NCBI GenBank assembly: GCA_965226055.1
Contig: CBDDCA010000006.1
Coordinates: forward strand, 288,001-352,000
Origin: Spirochaetia bacterium
GTDB taxonomy: Bacteria; Spirochaetota; Spirochaetia; WTKD01; G963693115
DNA: 64,000 nt
Direction of reading: 5' to 3'
The number at the start of each line of letters is the position of its first letter. Within the stretch, counting starts at the first letter, position 1. The notes beneath the pieces are model-generated. The model worked only from the letters and a program-made list of their open reading frames with translations. It had not been told where the DNA came from and ran no database searches. Of this stretch, positions 62,200 through 64,000 are shown piece after piece. Made by a program: the position numbers and the translations under genes.

Positions 62200-63699
62200 A
62201 TGAAAGAACATGAAAGTACAGCCAATAAACTGAGACCACAAAAATTTAATGATTTAGTGGGACAAGAGTTCATAGTAAGCTCACTCTTGGGTTCTATAAA
62301 ATCAGATTCTATTGCAGGTAATGCATTTATTCTCAGCGGACCTAGAGGGGTAGGAAAAACATCTGCTGCTCGTCTTATAGCACTCGCGGTGAATCGCCCT
62401 GAAGGACAAGATATAAACAGCCTTGACTACAAAGGGAGCGATGAAATTCGTAAAGGCAATAGCCTTGATGTTATTGAAATAGATGGTGCATCGTATACAA
62501 GTGTCGAAAATGTTCGTAAAATACGTGAAGAGGTTATGTATGCTCCGTCACAATTTAGATACAAGGTATACATCATAGACGAAGTGCATATGTTATCAAA
62601 CAGTGCATTTAACGCATTATTAAAAACTATTGAAGAGCCTCCAGAATATGTTATATTTGTGTTTGCCACTACGGAGATAGACAAAGTTCCTCTCACTATA
62701 CGCTCTCGTTGTCAACGGTTTGCGTTTCATCTCATTCCTAACACTATTATCATGGATAAGTTACAGGAACTATGCAATGCTATCAATACAACGATTGAAT
62801 CTGCAGCATTGGAATGGATGGCAAAAGAAGCTCGCGGATCATTGCGTGATGCATATACCTTATTTGATCAAATACATGCTTTTTGTGGAAACAATATCAC
62901 CAAAGAAGCCATTGATACTAATCTAGGACTTACAGGAATACAATCGCTTAATGTTCTGTTTCAGCTATGTGTTAACGGCAAATACCGTGAAACCCAAGAG
63001 CATATTTTCGATTTACTTACACGTGGATGTACGACAGAAAAGATTTTGTTTGAGGCATGCGAGTATATACGCAATGTACTGCTTATTAAACATAGCATTG
63101 AACCTAAACTCCTTATTGGTTTTGATAAAGAACAGTTTGATGCAACAATATATGAGACTCTTAGTACCGAGCAGCTAGAACATGCACTGCAGTTGCTCCT
63201 TGATTGTTATCGGAGTTTACGATATTCTGTGGATCCTCAGTTTGAAGTTGAACTGGTGTTTCATCAGTTATGTAATATTAAAAATTATACAAATAACAAT
63301 ATGTTGGTACAGCAATTAAAAGAGTTATATACAAAATTACAGTTTCAAACACATGGCAATACACCTGATCATGATGTATCACATGAAACACCACCAGCTC
63401 CTACTGTCGATACTACTATTGATCCTGATATTAATCCCGATATTAATCCTATAGTTGAACAACAACACACTTCTGCAAGCAGACACGATACTAGCACTCA
63501 TACATCGCACACACATACTCCTGATACAGATCAACAGTCACAGCCTCATATAGCAACAGCACAAAAAAAATCAGAAGAAACACAGGCTTCCTCTCCTATC
63601 ACAAAAAAAAGTTCTTCAGTAGAAAGAGTATTAGAAATATTCGAAGGTTCAGAAGTTATTGAAGAAAATAATAAAAATACGGACAGAAACAATGAATAG
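62200..63699 (+). CDS. dnaX: DNA polymerase III gamma/tau
   Basis: RPQKF..LVGQ, GPRGVGKT, IIDEVHML, NALLKTIEEPP, SRC, GSLRDA. Confidence 0.96.
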   Translation: MKEHESTANKLRPQKFNDLVGQEFIVSSLLGSIKSDSIAGNAFILSGPRGVGKTSAARLIALAVNRPEGQDINSLDYKGSDEIRKGNSLDVIEIDGASYTSVENVRKIREEVMYAPSQFRYKVYIIDEVHMLSNSAFNALLKTIEEPPEYVIFVFATTEIDKVPLTIRSRCQRFAFHLIPNTIIMDKLQELCNAINTTIESAALEWMAKEARGSLRDAYTLFDQIHAFCGNNITKEAIDTNLGLTGIQSLNVLFQLCVNGKYRETQEHIFDLLTRGCTTEKILFEACEYIRNVLLIKHSIEPKLLIGFDKEQFDATIYETLSTEQLEHALQLLLDCYRSLRYSVDPQFEVELVFHQLCNIKNYTNNNMLVQQLKELYTKLQFQTHGNTPDHDVSHETPPAPTVDTTIDPDINPDINPIVEQQHTSASRHDTSTHTSHTHTPDTDQQSQPHIATAQKKSEETQASSPITKKSSSVERVLEIFEGSEVIEENNKNTDRNNE

Positions 63700-64000
63700 A
63701 ATACAACAGCTAAGTGAATTATTTGCTAAATTTCCTGGCATTGGAAAAAAAACAGCATTACGGTATGTGTACTTTTTGTTAAAACAACCATCGAAATTAA
63801 GCAAAAATCTTTCTACATTTCTTGAAAATTTGCATGAAGTAGTACATCCTTGCAAAGCCTGTGGGTATCTCTGTGAAACAGAGCTATGTGATATATGCAG
63901 TAACCCAAAAAGAAATAACAAACAACTATGTGTTGTTGCTCATTTACAAGATGTTTCTGCATTAGAAGATTGCCACAGTTTTTTTGGAGTATATCATATA
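63692..64000 (+). CDS. recR: Recombination protein RecR, 3' end outside window (not in ORF track)
   Basis: Manual translation MNRIQQL...FPGIGKKTALR...CKACGYL....CDIC...R...LCVV; follows dnaX. Confidence 0.93.
   Translation, partial: MNRIQQLSELFAKFPGIGKKTALRYVYFLLKQPSKLSKNLSTFLENLHEVVHPCKACGYLCETELCDICSNPKRNNKQLCVVAHLQDVSALEDCHSFFGVYHI

Noticed and set aside
63563-63610. dnaX programmed frameshift or slippage at A8 runs
   Set aside because: A8 runs are common in this AT-rich sequence, lie near the C-terminus, and no stimulatory hairpin was evident

Overview
Low-GC bacterial chromosome segment, most likely from a host-associated spirochaete. This is an inference from the 'FANG..E'-type PstS signal peptide, Treponema-like FabV, the dual-cNMP/TPR protein, the Gld-like ABC cluster and the polA-coaE-SPOR order. 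The housekeeping backbone is pgi (partial), pstSCAB-phoU-phoBR, a fused E1 plus degenerate E2 2-oxoacid dehydrogenase, rnz, fabV, polA-coaE-SPOR-NUDIX, ilvC, glyA, aminopeptidase P, aconitase and tRNA-Ser-ffs-dnaX-recR (partial). There are five accessory regions: (i) tandem HtrL/WlaTC-like glycosyltransferase paralogues and a GT11 fucosyltransferase with poly-G tracts; (ii) an AT-rich ParB-like/HEPN-like gene plus DNA adenine methylase cassette; (iii) an IS30 element, two orphan copies of its left end and gene relics; (iv) a ~1600-aa Fn3/DUF285 surface lipoprotein frameshifted at a G15 tract; (v) an AT-rich CBASS island (patatin, CD-NTase, E2-SEC-C). A lone crtI lies at the end of an Omp85-like/TPR/ABC/LolA-like/beta-barrel cluster. 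Several housekeeping genes look leaderless. All family assignments come from motif recognition by eye; no searches were run.
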